Assembly (NCBI GenBank): GCA_965240325.2
Contig: OZ251230.1
Span: 682,001-746,000, forward strand
Source: Rebecca billardiae RCC1528
Taxonomy: Eukaryota > Protista > Haptophyta
DNA length: 64,000 bases
Direction: 5' to 3'
Shown: piece after piece, positions 42,936-53,771 of the stretch
Position numbering within the stretch: position 1 is the first letter of the stretch
How the letters are laid out: every line of letters begins with the position of its first letter
Position numbers and translations under genes: made by a program
Notes under the pieces: generated by a model
Told to the model about the DNA's origin: nothing
Seen by the model: only the letters and a program-made list of their open reading frames with translations
The model's database searches: none

Positions 42936-44886
42936 ATGGCGCTGCCGGCGGTGGAGTCGCGGCGGTCCCACGTCGTGCGCCGCAAGGTGCGCCGGAGGCA
43001 TGCGCGGCCACGCGTGCCGTAGCGCATGCCGAGACGCGTGCTCAATCGCGCCCCGCCGCCGTGCCGCCTGCCGCGCGCGCTCCGCAGGGCACCGGCCGCG
43101 AGACGACGCGGCGGCCGATCGTGTTTGCGTCGCGCTTCAGCAAGCGCGTGCTGCCGGCTGGCCCGCAGGATGAGTACGGCATGGACGACCTCGACGCGTT
43201 CTGGAAGGACGACTGTCCCGATGCGCCGGATGCCAAGCCCGCCGCCAGCCCGCCGCTGCCCGCGGGCGCCGCTGCCAGCCTCGCGACGGCGGCGAGCACG
43301 CCGGCGCTCGCCGCCGGCGTCGAGCCGAGCCCGATGCTGAAGAAGCCGCCTGGCGGCCTCCTCCTCGCCCGCACGCCCGTGGCCAAGCCGCCTGAGGACG
43401 CTGCGCCCGCGCTGCCCGCGCCGACCAGCGGCGGCAGCTCCGGCCGCCGCCTGTCCGCGCGGCAGGCCGCTCGCAGGTCGCCGCGCGAGGAGAGCGCAGA
43501 GGACCCCGACGTGCCGCACCGGCCTCCGGGCGGCTACCTGCTGGCGCGCACGCCGGTGCACAAGCCAGACGACGCGGCTGCTGCTACCGAGCGCGCCGCG
43601 CTCGACGCGGGCGCCAGCGCCGTCGCGCAGATGCTCGACTCCGCCGCGGACGAGGCCGACGGCGGCGCGCCCGAAGCCGAGCCTTCCGTGCACGGCGGCG
43701 CGAGCGAGGCTGGCGATGAGCCCGAGGGCGCAGACGCTGGCGCGCACGTGGACGGGCTTGAGGAGGACGCGATGGACGCAGCAGCCGACGTTGACGCCGG
43801 GCGCGAGGACGAGCACGGCGGCTTCGACGACGCCGCCTCGAGCGACCGCGACGACGACAGCCACGAGGAGGGCGACGCGGCGGACGAGGACGAGGACGAC
43901 GACGACGACGACGATGATGGCGAGTTTGGCGCTGGCACGCTGGAGGACGCCGAGGCTGCGCTCGACGAGAGCGAGCCCACGCTCATCGGCGAGAGCGCCA
44001 AGCCGCCGCACCGCATGTCCGTCGACGCGGCCGAGGCGGCCAAGGCCAAGCGCAAGGCGGACCGCAAGAGGCGGCGCGGCCCGGACGCGTCGTGCATCCA
44101 CCCGTCGCTGGAGGAGCTCGAGCGACGCGCGCGCGAGCGTGCGGACGAGGACCACGGGCTGCGGCGCACGCGGCGGAAGCGGATGTCGCCGCTCAAGTTC
44201 TGGAAGAACGAGCGGCCGGTCTACGGCCGGCGGCAGTCGGTGCGCGCGCCGCGCCGCCCCCGTCGCGCGCGCGCCGCCGCGTGCGCCCATGTCCCCGCGC
44301 TCAGCGCGTCGGCTCCGTCCCGCGGTGCGCGCGCGCCTCTCTCTGCGCCGCGCGGCTCCGTGCGCAGGCCAAGTTTGCCGCCATCGTCGACGTGCTCAAG
44401 AGCGACGTGGCCGAGCCGCCGCCGCCCTCGCTGGCGGTCGAGCGCGCGCGCACCGCGCCGAGCGCGCACCCCAAGGGCAGCGCGAAGCCCGCCAAGCCCG
44501 CGCCTTCCGCGGCCTCCAAGCAGGCGGGCAAGCGCGGTGCGGCCGGCGGCGGCGCGGCTGCCACGGCGAGCGGCAGCGCTGCCGGGCCGTCCGCGCCGAG
44601 CGCCGCCGCGGAGCCGAAGAAGATGAGCGGCTTCATGGTCTTCGCGAACGAGCAGCGCCCGATCATCAAGGCTGCAGAGCCGTCCATCCCCTTCGGCGAG
44701 CTGGGGAAGCGCATCGGCGAGCGCTGGCGCGCGCTGGCGGACGCGGAGCGCGCAGAGTACACGCAGCGCGGCGCGGGCAGCGCGCCCGCGCCGCCCAAGG
44801 CGGGCACGGCGCACTCCGCGACGCCAGACGGGTCGGAGGGCGAGGAGGAGGAGCTGCCGCTCGCCAAGCGCGTGGCGCTGCGTTGA
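42936..44886 (+). CDS. CENPC: CENP-C/Mif2-like kinetochore protein with a C-terminal HMG box; introns 42987-43087 and 44240-44367
   Basis: Mif2 N-terminal-like GTGRET and DEYGMDDLDAFW; acidic tract; CENP-C motif GLRRTRRKRMSPLKFWKNERPVY; HMG box PKKMSGFMVFANEQR..IK....PFGELGKRIGERWRAL..AERAEY. Confidence 0.82.
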
Positions 44887-45559
44887 GGTGCACGCGGTCG
44901 TCGCACACCGGGCGACGGTCCGCTGAGCACGGTGCGCGCGCGCGCCTGCGCGTGCTGTGCGCTCGCACCCATCCTGCCTGCTCCCTCTGCCTGCGTGCTG
45001 GGTGTGTGTGCCCGCGCAGCTGAGGATGCCGCCACGCGCCGCGCGCCTGCGCAGGGCCAGCGTCATGCCGATCCCGCCAGCCGAGCGCGCCGGATGGCTG
45101 CTCGGTTCGGCCCCGTCCCCGCCGTGGGTGAGATCGCGCTTATCTATTCGAGCTGCTCAGCTCCTGCCAAGTGTCGCTCGCGGACGCTCTCCTCGTCGCG
45201 CTCGTTTGGCGACGCATTCGGCATTGCACCTCCTCATGAGTCATGCTGGACGTGGCTGCGTCGGGTGTCGCCGCAAACCCCGGCGCTCGGGTAGTGTCAG
45301 TGCCAGGAGTGTCATCAGACAGCTCGCCGCTTTAGTTAGCGCTTACTAGTTATTATACTGCCGCGCCGTTACTTCGCGTACAGACTACAGTCACGTCGCT
45401 ACTCACTGGACAACGCCAAGGTTGCTGGCGCCATCCGCCCATCGCCATCGGACAAAATGTCAAATAGCGGGCGCGGCTAGCTAATCGTCGGCGTCGTCAT
45501 CATATGATCGTATAGTCATCAATCGTCATATCATCATCATATATATCATATCGTCTGAG

Positions 45560-47200
45560 CACAAACTACAGGGTCTCCAACATTAAACTGGACACTTTGG
45601 GCAGCAGCTCAGCGTACGGCCTGTGGCTGCCTCGCGCGGGGTCAGGAGCGGCCAGCTCGGCTCGTGTGCACCCCACTAGGTCTGTCTGCGACCGCGCATA
45701 GCCGGGCAGCCCGCGTGGAGCACCCCTCTGGGTCATGCGGACAGTCGGCACAAGGCTGGTCGTGAGGGCCGTGAAGCAGCAGTGTGGCTTCTGCGCATGT
45801 CTGTAGCCAGCAAGCCCGCTCAAGGCCGCGCAGATATTATTACGTGGCATGGTCGATGACTATGCGGCATGCGCTCGACAGCCCTGGGCAAGCCCGGACG
45901 TAGCGCTACACCAGGAGTATATACGGCCCGATCGGACCAGCCTACCAGAACTTTGCGCACCTCGCTTGCACAGCTGCTGCACAGCCCATCGATCGGCTCT
46001 GGCCGTGCAGGCAAGGGCTACAGTCGGCGCCACTACCCGCAGCGAACGCTGGAGACCCACCAGTGCGCGCACCAACCCGCCCGCCGCCAAATGCAACCGG
46101 GTGGAATTCCCATTTTCTGGCGCACTTCCGCACTGGGGAGGCGGAAAAGCGTCATTTAATACGCGAATAAGGAATAAATATAATAAAGGGAATAAAGCGC
46201 ACGCAGTGCGAAGAATCAAGAAATTTTTCCGGCTGTATCCGCGTAGTTATTATGCGAAGCACCCGATCTGCTGCGAGGCGGCCTGCTTGCGCACGCGGCG
46301 TCCCGAGCACCCTCGGGGCTCAGCTGCGGCTCGGCCTGCGCACGCTTAGCAAGCTCGCGTGCGGCCTGCACCTTGCCCGCCGCCTCGACTCTCGAGCAAG
46401 AGGATCGACGTATGAGTGAGCGTGTGCCGCCGAGCTGCTGTCCGGCAGCCACCCGCGACTGCAGCCGCTGGCCGCGGTGCCTGGCCTCGGCGCGGCCCCA
46501 CAGGCTCAGCGCTGTGAGCTCCTCCTCCTTCTGCGCTCCTCCTCCAGGCGTTTGGGCCGCCGCCGCCTTGGCCGCCTCGTCCTCGTCGATCAGCTGAACG
46601 GCGGGAGTGATGTCTCTGCTCAGCTGAGTGTGACGTGACAAGCGAGGCGACGAGCGACGGCAGCCCGGTGACCAAGCCGATGAGCTCATCGTACGAGCCG
46701 TCACGCGTGCGCTCGTGCCGTGTCTGAGCTGGCTCGCGCTCGTACGTCGACCAGGCTTTGCTCGGACTGAACGCGTCTGCTCTGGCGTCCTTGCGTGTGC
46801 GCTTGGACGGCCGCGGGCCGTCATCTGGTCCGACCGCGCGCAGCTCGATCTCGGAAGCGTTGAGCTGCTCCGCGGTTGACTCGCCCTCTGCCTCAGGCTC
46901 GACCACGGCAGCAGGCCCCGCAGCAGCCGCCAGATAGCATCGGCAGGGGCCCCTGCGCCACCCGCCGCCGTCCGCACATCGGCCAGCTTGCCGCACACGC
47001 GCTGGACCACGGCCTCGCCGCGCTTGACGCGGATGTGGTGCCAGGTCGTCGTGCCAATTGCTTGGCTATCGACAACGGGCACGGGCACCTCGATCACGAC
47101 AACGCCTGTCGCGTAGGCTGTGTAGCGATGTCCGTCCACGACTCCGTCGTGGGTGGACGGCGCACGCCATCGCGGCCGTGGGCGCAAGTGTCTCGTGAAT
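45560..47200. pseudogene. Decayed, frameshifted coding-like or transposon-derived region
   Basis: Broken protein-like frames on the minus strand at 46346-47187; adjoins a dispersed repeat; no family recognised. Confidence 0.3.
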
Positions 47201-47236
47201 CATTGTTTTTTTATTATTCACTAATTCTCCAGCCGC

Positions 47237-47439
47237 TACATCGAACTCGACAACGGTTGCTTTTACACCCGCGATCTTTTGACTGTGCAAATGGGGCGCC
47301 GCCCCATGCTCAAATCCGAAGAGAACGAAGATGTAAAAGTGTCTGGTCCCTAGATACTGTGCTGTCCGGGTCCCGGTCCGGTCAGATCTGAGCAGCCGGA
47401 TTTTCCGCCCGGACAGGCCAGAAAATGGGATTTTCACCC
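47237..47439 (+). repeat. Dispersed direct repeat, copy 1 (203 bp)
   Basis: TACATCGAACTCGACAACGG...GGGATTTTCACCC, matches 52074-52297. Confidence 0.92.
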
Positions 47440-48168
47440 AACCGTGCGCCAGATACGAATTTTAGCAGGCATGCCACCCGCGGGGGCTCCGTGGACCTGT
47501 TCAGAGCCAACCGCTAGTCGGTTGAGCTGTACATCCAAGCCAGCCCTGGCCACACGCTGAGCGCGCCGCTCGCTGCACCCACACCCTGTCGTCATCCGAG
47601 GAGTAAGGTCCATGGCGCACATGTGAGCCTCTGGCCCATCTCATCGTTAGCAGCCGTAGTCAGCAAAAATCAGTGTCCGAACAATTGTTGGGGACCCTGT
47701 ACTATGCACAATAAATTATTTGCGCCATAATAAGCCATTCCGCATTCGGGCATTCGGTAGTATAGCAGTTACGTTTATATATATATAAATTTTAATTATT
47801 ATTTAATTTTAAGTCATATAATATATATACGTGAATAAGCAGACTACTACTACTATATTTACAATGGCGTCATAATTCATAAACGTGCATGTTCGTTAGT
47901 ATGTAGAGAGTATATTTCGGACGCATTCTATGTCATATGACATATGCATCTATTCTGATCTAACTATGTGCATTTCAGTCGTGCTAATATAGGCACTGCT
48001 AATGTCAATGTGCATGCATGTCTGCTGCACTCTGAGTCTGACTAGTCTCGGAGGCACTGAGTCACTGACTGAGCCTTCGCGTACACGTACAGTATTATTT
48101 CAGTTTTTGAAATCCGATTCGCATGCCGAGCTGGCTGAGCACAGTTTATGGGAAGGGCTCGGGAGTAG

Positions 48169-48224
48169 CTACTGTAATCTCGCCTGCCTGAGCTGTGTGC
48201 GTCTCTTATTCTTAGTAAACTGTA
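48169..48224 (-). mobile_element. Solo Tc1-type TIR with an adjacent TACTGTA footprint
   Basis: TACTGTA-ATCTCGCCTGCCTGAGCTGTGTGCGTCTCTTATTCTTAGTAAACTG-TA. Confidence 0.8.
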
Positions 48225-48982
48225 GTAGGGCCCCAGTTGAAGTTCTATAAAACATATTTCGAGTTTTGGCATGCCGCGTATAGCCTACTTCAGGGCGCCG
48301 GGGAGTGGGGACGCTGCGCACGCGCGGTGACTTCCGTAGGGCCCCAAGCAGACTGTTCCAGCGACATACACAGGCCAAGCCCATATCGCTGACCTCGGTG
48401 TGGTTAGTAGCGTACGCTGAGAGCGTTCCCTGCCGTCATGGGGCCATGTACATCTCGCCCGAATGCTGCCCGCCGTGGCTTCTGTGGCCCCACGGGCTGC
48501 CCAAGGAGTGCCGCCGACATCCGCGAGTAGGTGCACACCCCCAAAACAGCCTCGGCGCACAGTTCAAACGGCTAGGCGCGCGTGTGCACGTCCGCCCCCG
48601 TACGCCCTGACCATCTGGGCGGCCAGTGGCGCACATACCATGCAGCGCATCCACCGCGTCTGCAGCTCGCCAGCCGACCCGCACGTGTGCAGGCTGGTCC
48701 ACGGCTGGAGCGTGAGGAGAGACACGACGGGCTCATCAGAGGGCGGGCCAGGAGGCCGAAGCACGTGCTTTGACCACCCGGCATGCGCTCCGGACCGTGC
48801 CGTACGCGGTCGGCGTGCACGAGCCTCGAACCGGCGCGCGCAAGCGGCAGCCATGGCTGTTACGTCGCAGTCCCGCCGGTCCAGGCGATTTCCTGCTGCC
48901 GTGCCACCTTCCGGCTCTGAACGAGTACGGTACTGTCACTGTAACGATGACGACGATTCATGATTGCGCATCGCGGCCGCCC

Positions 48983-50806
48983 ATGGCTGCCGCAAGGCGC
49001 ATGTTGCTCTTCATCTCCACGTTGGTGACTGCATCCGCCGTGGAGGTCGGCCTCGATACCGTCACCGCTTGGCCCCAGCCTTTCCCCACGAACGCAACAC
49101 TCGCAGGTGGCGCCCCGCCGCTGTACGACCCGAAGCGTCGGCACCGCCTGTTTGCACTCGTCCTGCACGGTCGGGTTGGTATGCTGCTTGGCCCGTCACA
49201 CTTCGTGTCGGACGCGTGCCTGCCGTCCAAGCTCGCCCTCACCGTCGCCTCGGCGTCGCACATGGAGCACGCCGTGCGTGCCAACGCGCACGAAGGCGGC
49301 GTGGACGTGTTCATCCACTCATGGAACTACGGCCTCGCCACGGCGTTCATCGACAGCCTGTACGGCGACGCACTCGTCGCGAGTGTGCACGAGCCGACAG
49401 AGCACGTGGACGCGGGTGCATCGCAGGCGCTCTCCCTCGGCCGTGGCGTGCTGCTCGTCCGCGCGCACGAGCGCGCGCGCGGGTCAGCGTACGCGCTCGT
49501 GCTCGCCGCGCGCATCGACCTGGTCTTTGCCGCGCCCGTGCCCGTGCGCGCGCTCGCGCCTGATGCCATCTGGCTGCCGATGGAGTGCTGCATGCGCTGG
49601 CCGAGGGACGAGCTCCAGCGCCGCACGGCGGAGCAGGCGTGCGGCCACAGGTGGGGCCGCGTCGTCGGGCCGTGCCTCGTCTCCACCTACGCAAAGGGCA
49701 CGCGAGATGCAGCGACCGATCTTTCGTACTTTGTCCTCGACTGGTGGGTTGCGGCGGACTCGGGCACGCTGCAGACGTGGCTGGATATCGGCGAGCACTG
49801 GGCATCGTACAAGTGCCAGCTCCAGGCGCGTGGCATCGAGAATCGGATGGGCCACTACGTGTGGTCTGTGCACATCCACGACGCGCTCAACGCGACCGCG
49901 CGCGTGCGCTTCACTCACCGCGTGCCCACTGACTTGGCGCGCAAGGTGCTGCAGTTCGGCTATGTGGTGCCGCCCCGCTGCATGGCGATCCGAGGGGACC
50001 CACTCGCGCGAACGGGCAGCGAGCTCGTTCGCGAGCTCGCCGCAAAGACGGATCAAGAGCTCGCCGCGCTTCTGGGGCTGCCCGACACCACGTTTGCCCG
50101 GATGGCGACTATGTGCCCGCTGCTGCCCGCCATCGCCGAGGCGCTGAGGCCAGGGCACGCGCCGCCCGTGTGCTGCGATAACAGGCGGCGGGACCTGTGC
50201 ACGCTTGAAGGGCTGCCTCCGCTGCCGAATGCCACGGCATGCACGCAGAAGGCGTCGGAGCGCGTGCTCGCTTTCGTGCCGAGCAAAGCGAGAGGGAACA
50301 TGTCAGAAAACGACCAGCTCGCCCGCGCGGCACGCTCGCGTGACGATGAGGCTCGTGAGGCTTGGATCCGCACGGCGCGGCGCAGGGGAGGCATGTCCGT
50401 TTCGGATGCGTTCTGGCGTGGGCGGGCAGCCATGGATGCGCTCCGCGGAGAAGTGAACACCACCGATCCTAGCCATCCCGCTTTGGCGCGCCGACTCGCC
50501 CCTCTGCTCCGCTTCAACGCCACGTGTGCAGCTGTGAGCGGCCGTGGTGACGCCGAGGCAGGGATGCCACCGCCATACGAGGCGGGCGACCTCACACAGG
50601 GAACAGCGCGCTGCACGATGCAGCCGCGCGATCGCGCGGCTATTGTCGTGGCTGCAAGGAAGAGGGAAATGGCGGCGAACAAGGCGGCACGAATTGCTGC
50701 GAAAAAGAGGAACAGGGAAAAGGCAGCGATCATCCAGGCAAGGAAGAGTCTGAAGAAGGCGGCGACGAGGCGCAGCGAAGGCTGCCAAGGTGACTGCTAT
50801 CAATGA
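48983..50806 (+). CDS. Secreted hypothetical protein, possibly a glycosyltransferase-like fold; intronless
   Basis: Signal peptide; ALVLHGRVG, VDVFIHSW and YALVLAARIDL pattern; Lys-rich C-terminus. Confidence 0.6.
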   Translation: MAAARRMLLFISTLVTASAVEVGLDTVTAWPQPFPTNATLAGGAPPLYDPKRRHRLFALVLHGRVGMLLGPSHFVSDACLPSKLALTVASASHMEHAVRANAHEGGVDVFIHSWNYGLATAFIDSLYGDALVASVHEPTEHVDAGASQALSLGRGVLLVRAHERARGSAYALVLAARIDLVFAAPVPVRALAPDAIWLPMECCMRWPRDELQRRTAEQACGHRWGRVVGPCLVSTYAKGTRDAATDLSYFVLDWWVAADSGTLQTWLDIGEHWASYKCQLQARGIENRMGHYVWSVHIHDALNATARVRFTHRVPTDLARKVLQFGYVVPPRCMAIRGDPLARTGSELVRELAAKTDQELAALLGLPDTTFARMATMCPLLPAIAEALRPGHAPPVCCDNRRRDLCTLEGLPPLPNATACTQKASERVLAFVPSKARGNMSENDQLARAARSRDDEAREAWIRTARRRGGMSVSDAFWRGRAAMDALRGEVNTTDPSHPALARRLAPLLRFNATCAAVSGRGDAEAGMPPPYEAGDLTQGTARCTMQPRDRAAIVVAARKREMAANKAARIAAKKRNREKAAIIQARKSLKKAATRRSEGCQGDCYQ

Positions 50807-51000
50807 TGAATATTGTAACTTTGAAACTCGATCGTCGGTACGGCGCCTGTGGGAGTGTGGCGCGGTCGGACCGGCGGTCCGAGGTGCGACTGGCAAGATG
50901 AAGACAGCCAGCTTCAAACAATAAATAAACAATAATAAATAAGGGCGCATCTGGCCTGACGATGGCTGATGAATTGATGACGATCGATGAGTATATATAG

Positions 51001-51460
51001 GTGGACCTCACCCTCAAGAAGATCGCCAAGATGGGGCGGGACACGTGGCGCGCGCGCCTCAGCGCGCCCTCGCGCCCCGCCGCCGAGCGCGCGCTGCTCG
51101 GCACCATGCGGCGCGAGCTGGGCATGCGCTGCCTGCGTGGCCAGGCCAAGATGCTCATCGCCCGCGCGCGCATGGCGCACGTGCGCCCGGGGGCACGCGC
51201 CCGCGGGGGCGCTGCGTACGACGACTACTTCGAGACGACGGCTGACGACGCGTGGCACCGCGACCACCGCGGTGGCGCGCGCGCGTCGACGCCAGACGGT
51301 GCGTCGAGCTTCCGCTCGGCGATGGAGTGATGGGCGACTACGAGGGGGGGGGGGACGACGGCGAGGAGCGCTGATCCTGGTGTTTGTCTCTGCTGCTCGA
51401 TCTGCTGCTACAGCTTGCTGACTCTGACGCCTGCCCGTTGCATGCCACGCCGTTAATATA
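51001..51460 (+). mobile_element. 5'-truncated non-LTR retrotransposon (CRE/RLE-type) 3' end
   Basis: No start codon; RRELGMRCLRGQAKMLIAR resembles the terminal helix of RLE-type LINE ORFs; stop at 51330; short 3' UTR; TATATATAG on both sides (50992-51000 and 51461-51469). Confidence 0.55.
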
Positions 51461-52073
51461 TATATATAGTTATACGGCAGGCAATCGGCGCAAATAATCG
51501 CGACGGCGCGCAATAATATAAGGAGTGCAGCTGGAATCACGTTATATATATATATATAATATTAAGAAACTGGGGCTTGCTATATCTGCGGATCTGGCCT
51601 AGCTGAGATCAACTGAGACTAGCTTAGCGATTGGCTGGTTCGCTATACGCATAGTCACACTAAGAAACTACCGGGCCCATGTCGTCGCGGCTGACAGTGG
51701 TCCGCCGAGGCGCACGGTGCCAGTGGGACGCGGCGCGCGGCCCGACTACGAGTACAGGCCAAGTCCCGACTTCTTCTGATTGATGACTGACTCCTGGCCA
51801 GTGCACCGCAGCATCCATGCAACATCATGCCAGATTTATTGCTCCAAAATGGCCCAAAATTTTCTCCGGCCTCGCCGGCCGGGCCTAAACTGTAATACTC
51901 TTAGACTCTAAAGACTCAGCGGGGGGCTCTGCCCCTGACTGCGGCCCCCGCGCCTGCGCGGCGGGCGGACCTAGCTAAGAAACTGAGACTCCGTAGGCGC
52001 TCGGGCTACCGAACGGCTAAGAAACCGAGACTAGCAGTGAGATCTCTGACTTCTTATTGCCCGCGATTGCCTG

Positions 52074-52297
52074 TACATCGAACTCGACAACGGTTGCTTT
52101 TACACCCGCGATCTTTTGACGCTGTGCAAATGGGGCGCCGCCCCATCACCATGCTCAAATCCGAAGAGAACGAAGATGTAAAATAAGTGTCTGGTCCCTA
52201 ACTATAGATACTGTGCTGTCCGGGTCCCGGTCCGGTCAGATCTGAGCAGCAGGATTTTCCGCGCCCGGACAGGCCAGAAAATATGGGATTTTCACCC
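52074..52297 (+). repeat. Dispersed direct repeat, copy 2 (224 bp, with micro-insertions)
   Basis: Matches 47237-47439. Confidence 0.92.
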
Positions 52298-52334
52298 GAG
52301 CTAATGAGAGATTTATTATAAATAGCAATGTATA

Positions 52335-52337
<3 letters not shown>

Positions 52338-52377
<40 letters not shown>
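52338..52377. repeat. (TA)n microsatellite
   Basis: Direct reading. Confidence 0.95.
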
Positions 52378-52380
<3 letters not shown>

Positions 52381-52422
52381 ACAGTCATATACATCAGCAG
52401 ATAATACGGCAAAGCTAGACTA

Positions 52423-52991
52423 AAGGGCCGCCCCACTATAACTGTCAGGTTACCCAGAGCGCGCGGAGCAGTTGAAGATTCATCGTTTTTGTGATTTGTC
52501 AAAACTGGGCGCAAGTCATCAGGTCTTCCTGCCGGCGGATCGCGTGATGGCAGAAGGAGCGCTGCAGCGGCGCCTTCTCCCCCGGGCGAGCCCGGCGCCA
52601 GCGGCGCGGCGCGCGCGCGGCTGCGACTCGGCGCTCGCGCTCGGCCTGTCTGCAGCCGCTCCGGCCTCGCTGCGCCTCTTGGCTCGCTTGCCCACAGGGC
52701 GCCGCTGGACAGGCCCTGTCATGCGAGTGCCGCCGGGCCAGTGCACGGGGCTCGAATCACAATCTGTTGCAACATTCAAGGCGGCGAGGCCGGCGCCGTC
52801 GGCGAGTAGGATGACGATGGGTTCTTAGGGTGCTGAGGGCCTGCGCGGACCCCAAGAGGGCGTCGGAGCGGCTGGGGACGGGCGGGACGGCGACCCCGTC
52901 GCCGGGGGAATGTCGCAACGCGCTCGCGCACGTGGGCCGTGGGCACGTCGGCACGATGGCGCTGCCTGACAGTTATAGTGGGTTGACCCTT
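52423..52991. mobile_element. MITE, about 570 bp, with 27-bp TIRs and TA flanks
   Basis: TA|AAGGGCCGCCCCACTATAACTGTCAGG ... CCTGACAGTTATAGTGGGTTGACCCTT|TA (3 mismatches). Confidence 0.8.
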
Positions 52992-53078
52992 TACAGTACT
53001 CTGCATGCTACTAAGTAACTCTAGCTCACTGACTATTATTTAATAGAGACTGTCTGAGGGCCACTCTGAGGCCATTGA

Positions 53079-53620
53079 TTATTTAGATCGTGAATGTTCA
53101 TCATAATATGGCATGGGATCGGTGCCCTTGATGCGCCAGTCGTGCAGCGCGCCGGTCGGCCCGCCCGCCCGCGCGTTCATGCTTGCGTCAACAATCGGCC
53201 GCACGCTCGCATTGTAGCCGTTCTCGTTCACCTGCGTCTCAATCACTTTGACGCCCGACGTGGCGCCCTGCGCATTGGGCGCGGGCGGCACCCCGCGACG
53301 TAGGAGGCCCGGAGCGGGCGGGCCGGAGGGCGGGGGGCGGCGCGGTTTCAGGCGTGTGCACGCACACGCCTGTGGTAGTGCGGTCTCCCGTGCGCTGCCC
53401 CAGCGCGCACCCCCGCGTTGAACGTCCACCTGACCGTCATCGGGTAGGACACCGGCGTGGCCGCCTGCACCACATAATTGGCCACGCCGCCCGGACTGAG
53501 CGGGTCGAAGACCACCGGCATGCACTGGAAGGTGATGCACTCCTGCTCAGCGAGGAACAGCTTCTTGTCCGTCATTGCATTCGTGAACGAGCCGGCCAGC
53601 ACAGGGACGAAGGAGGTCAT
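53079..53620 (-). CDS. Small hypothetical protein; intron 53268-53410
   Basis: Two non-low-complexity exons joined in phase (MTSFVPVLAG...WTFNAG|GATSGVKV...). Confidence 0.65.
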
Positions 53621-53720
53621 GACGAACGGAAGCGCGAACTTGTCTGCGCGGAACGCCTCCACCCCCGGCCGGCCGGTCGTCGACGCGCGTCCTCCGATTT
53701 GGACGATTTCGTATCGTCGG

Positions 53721-53738
53721 AATATTTCGCGAAATATT
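53721..53738. promoter_or_regulatory. 18-bp perfect palindrome with an E2F-like core in a bidirectional promoter
   Basis: AATATTTCGCGAAATATT, ending 33 bp before the FANCJ ATG. Confidence 0.5.
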
Positions 53739-53771
53739 GGGCGGGCCCGCCGTTCGAACGCGGGCGGGATC

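Noticed and set aside
47237-52297. Intact LTR retrotransposon bounded by the direct repeats
   Set aside because: No TG..CA termini, PBS/PPT or gag-pol were recognisable between the repeats.
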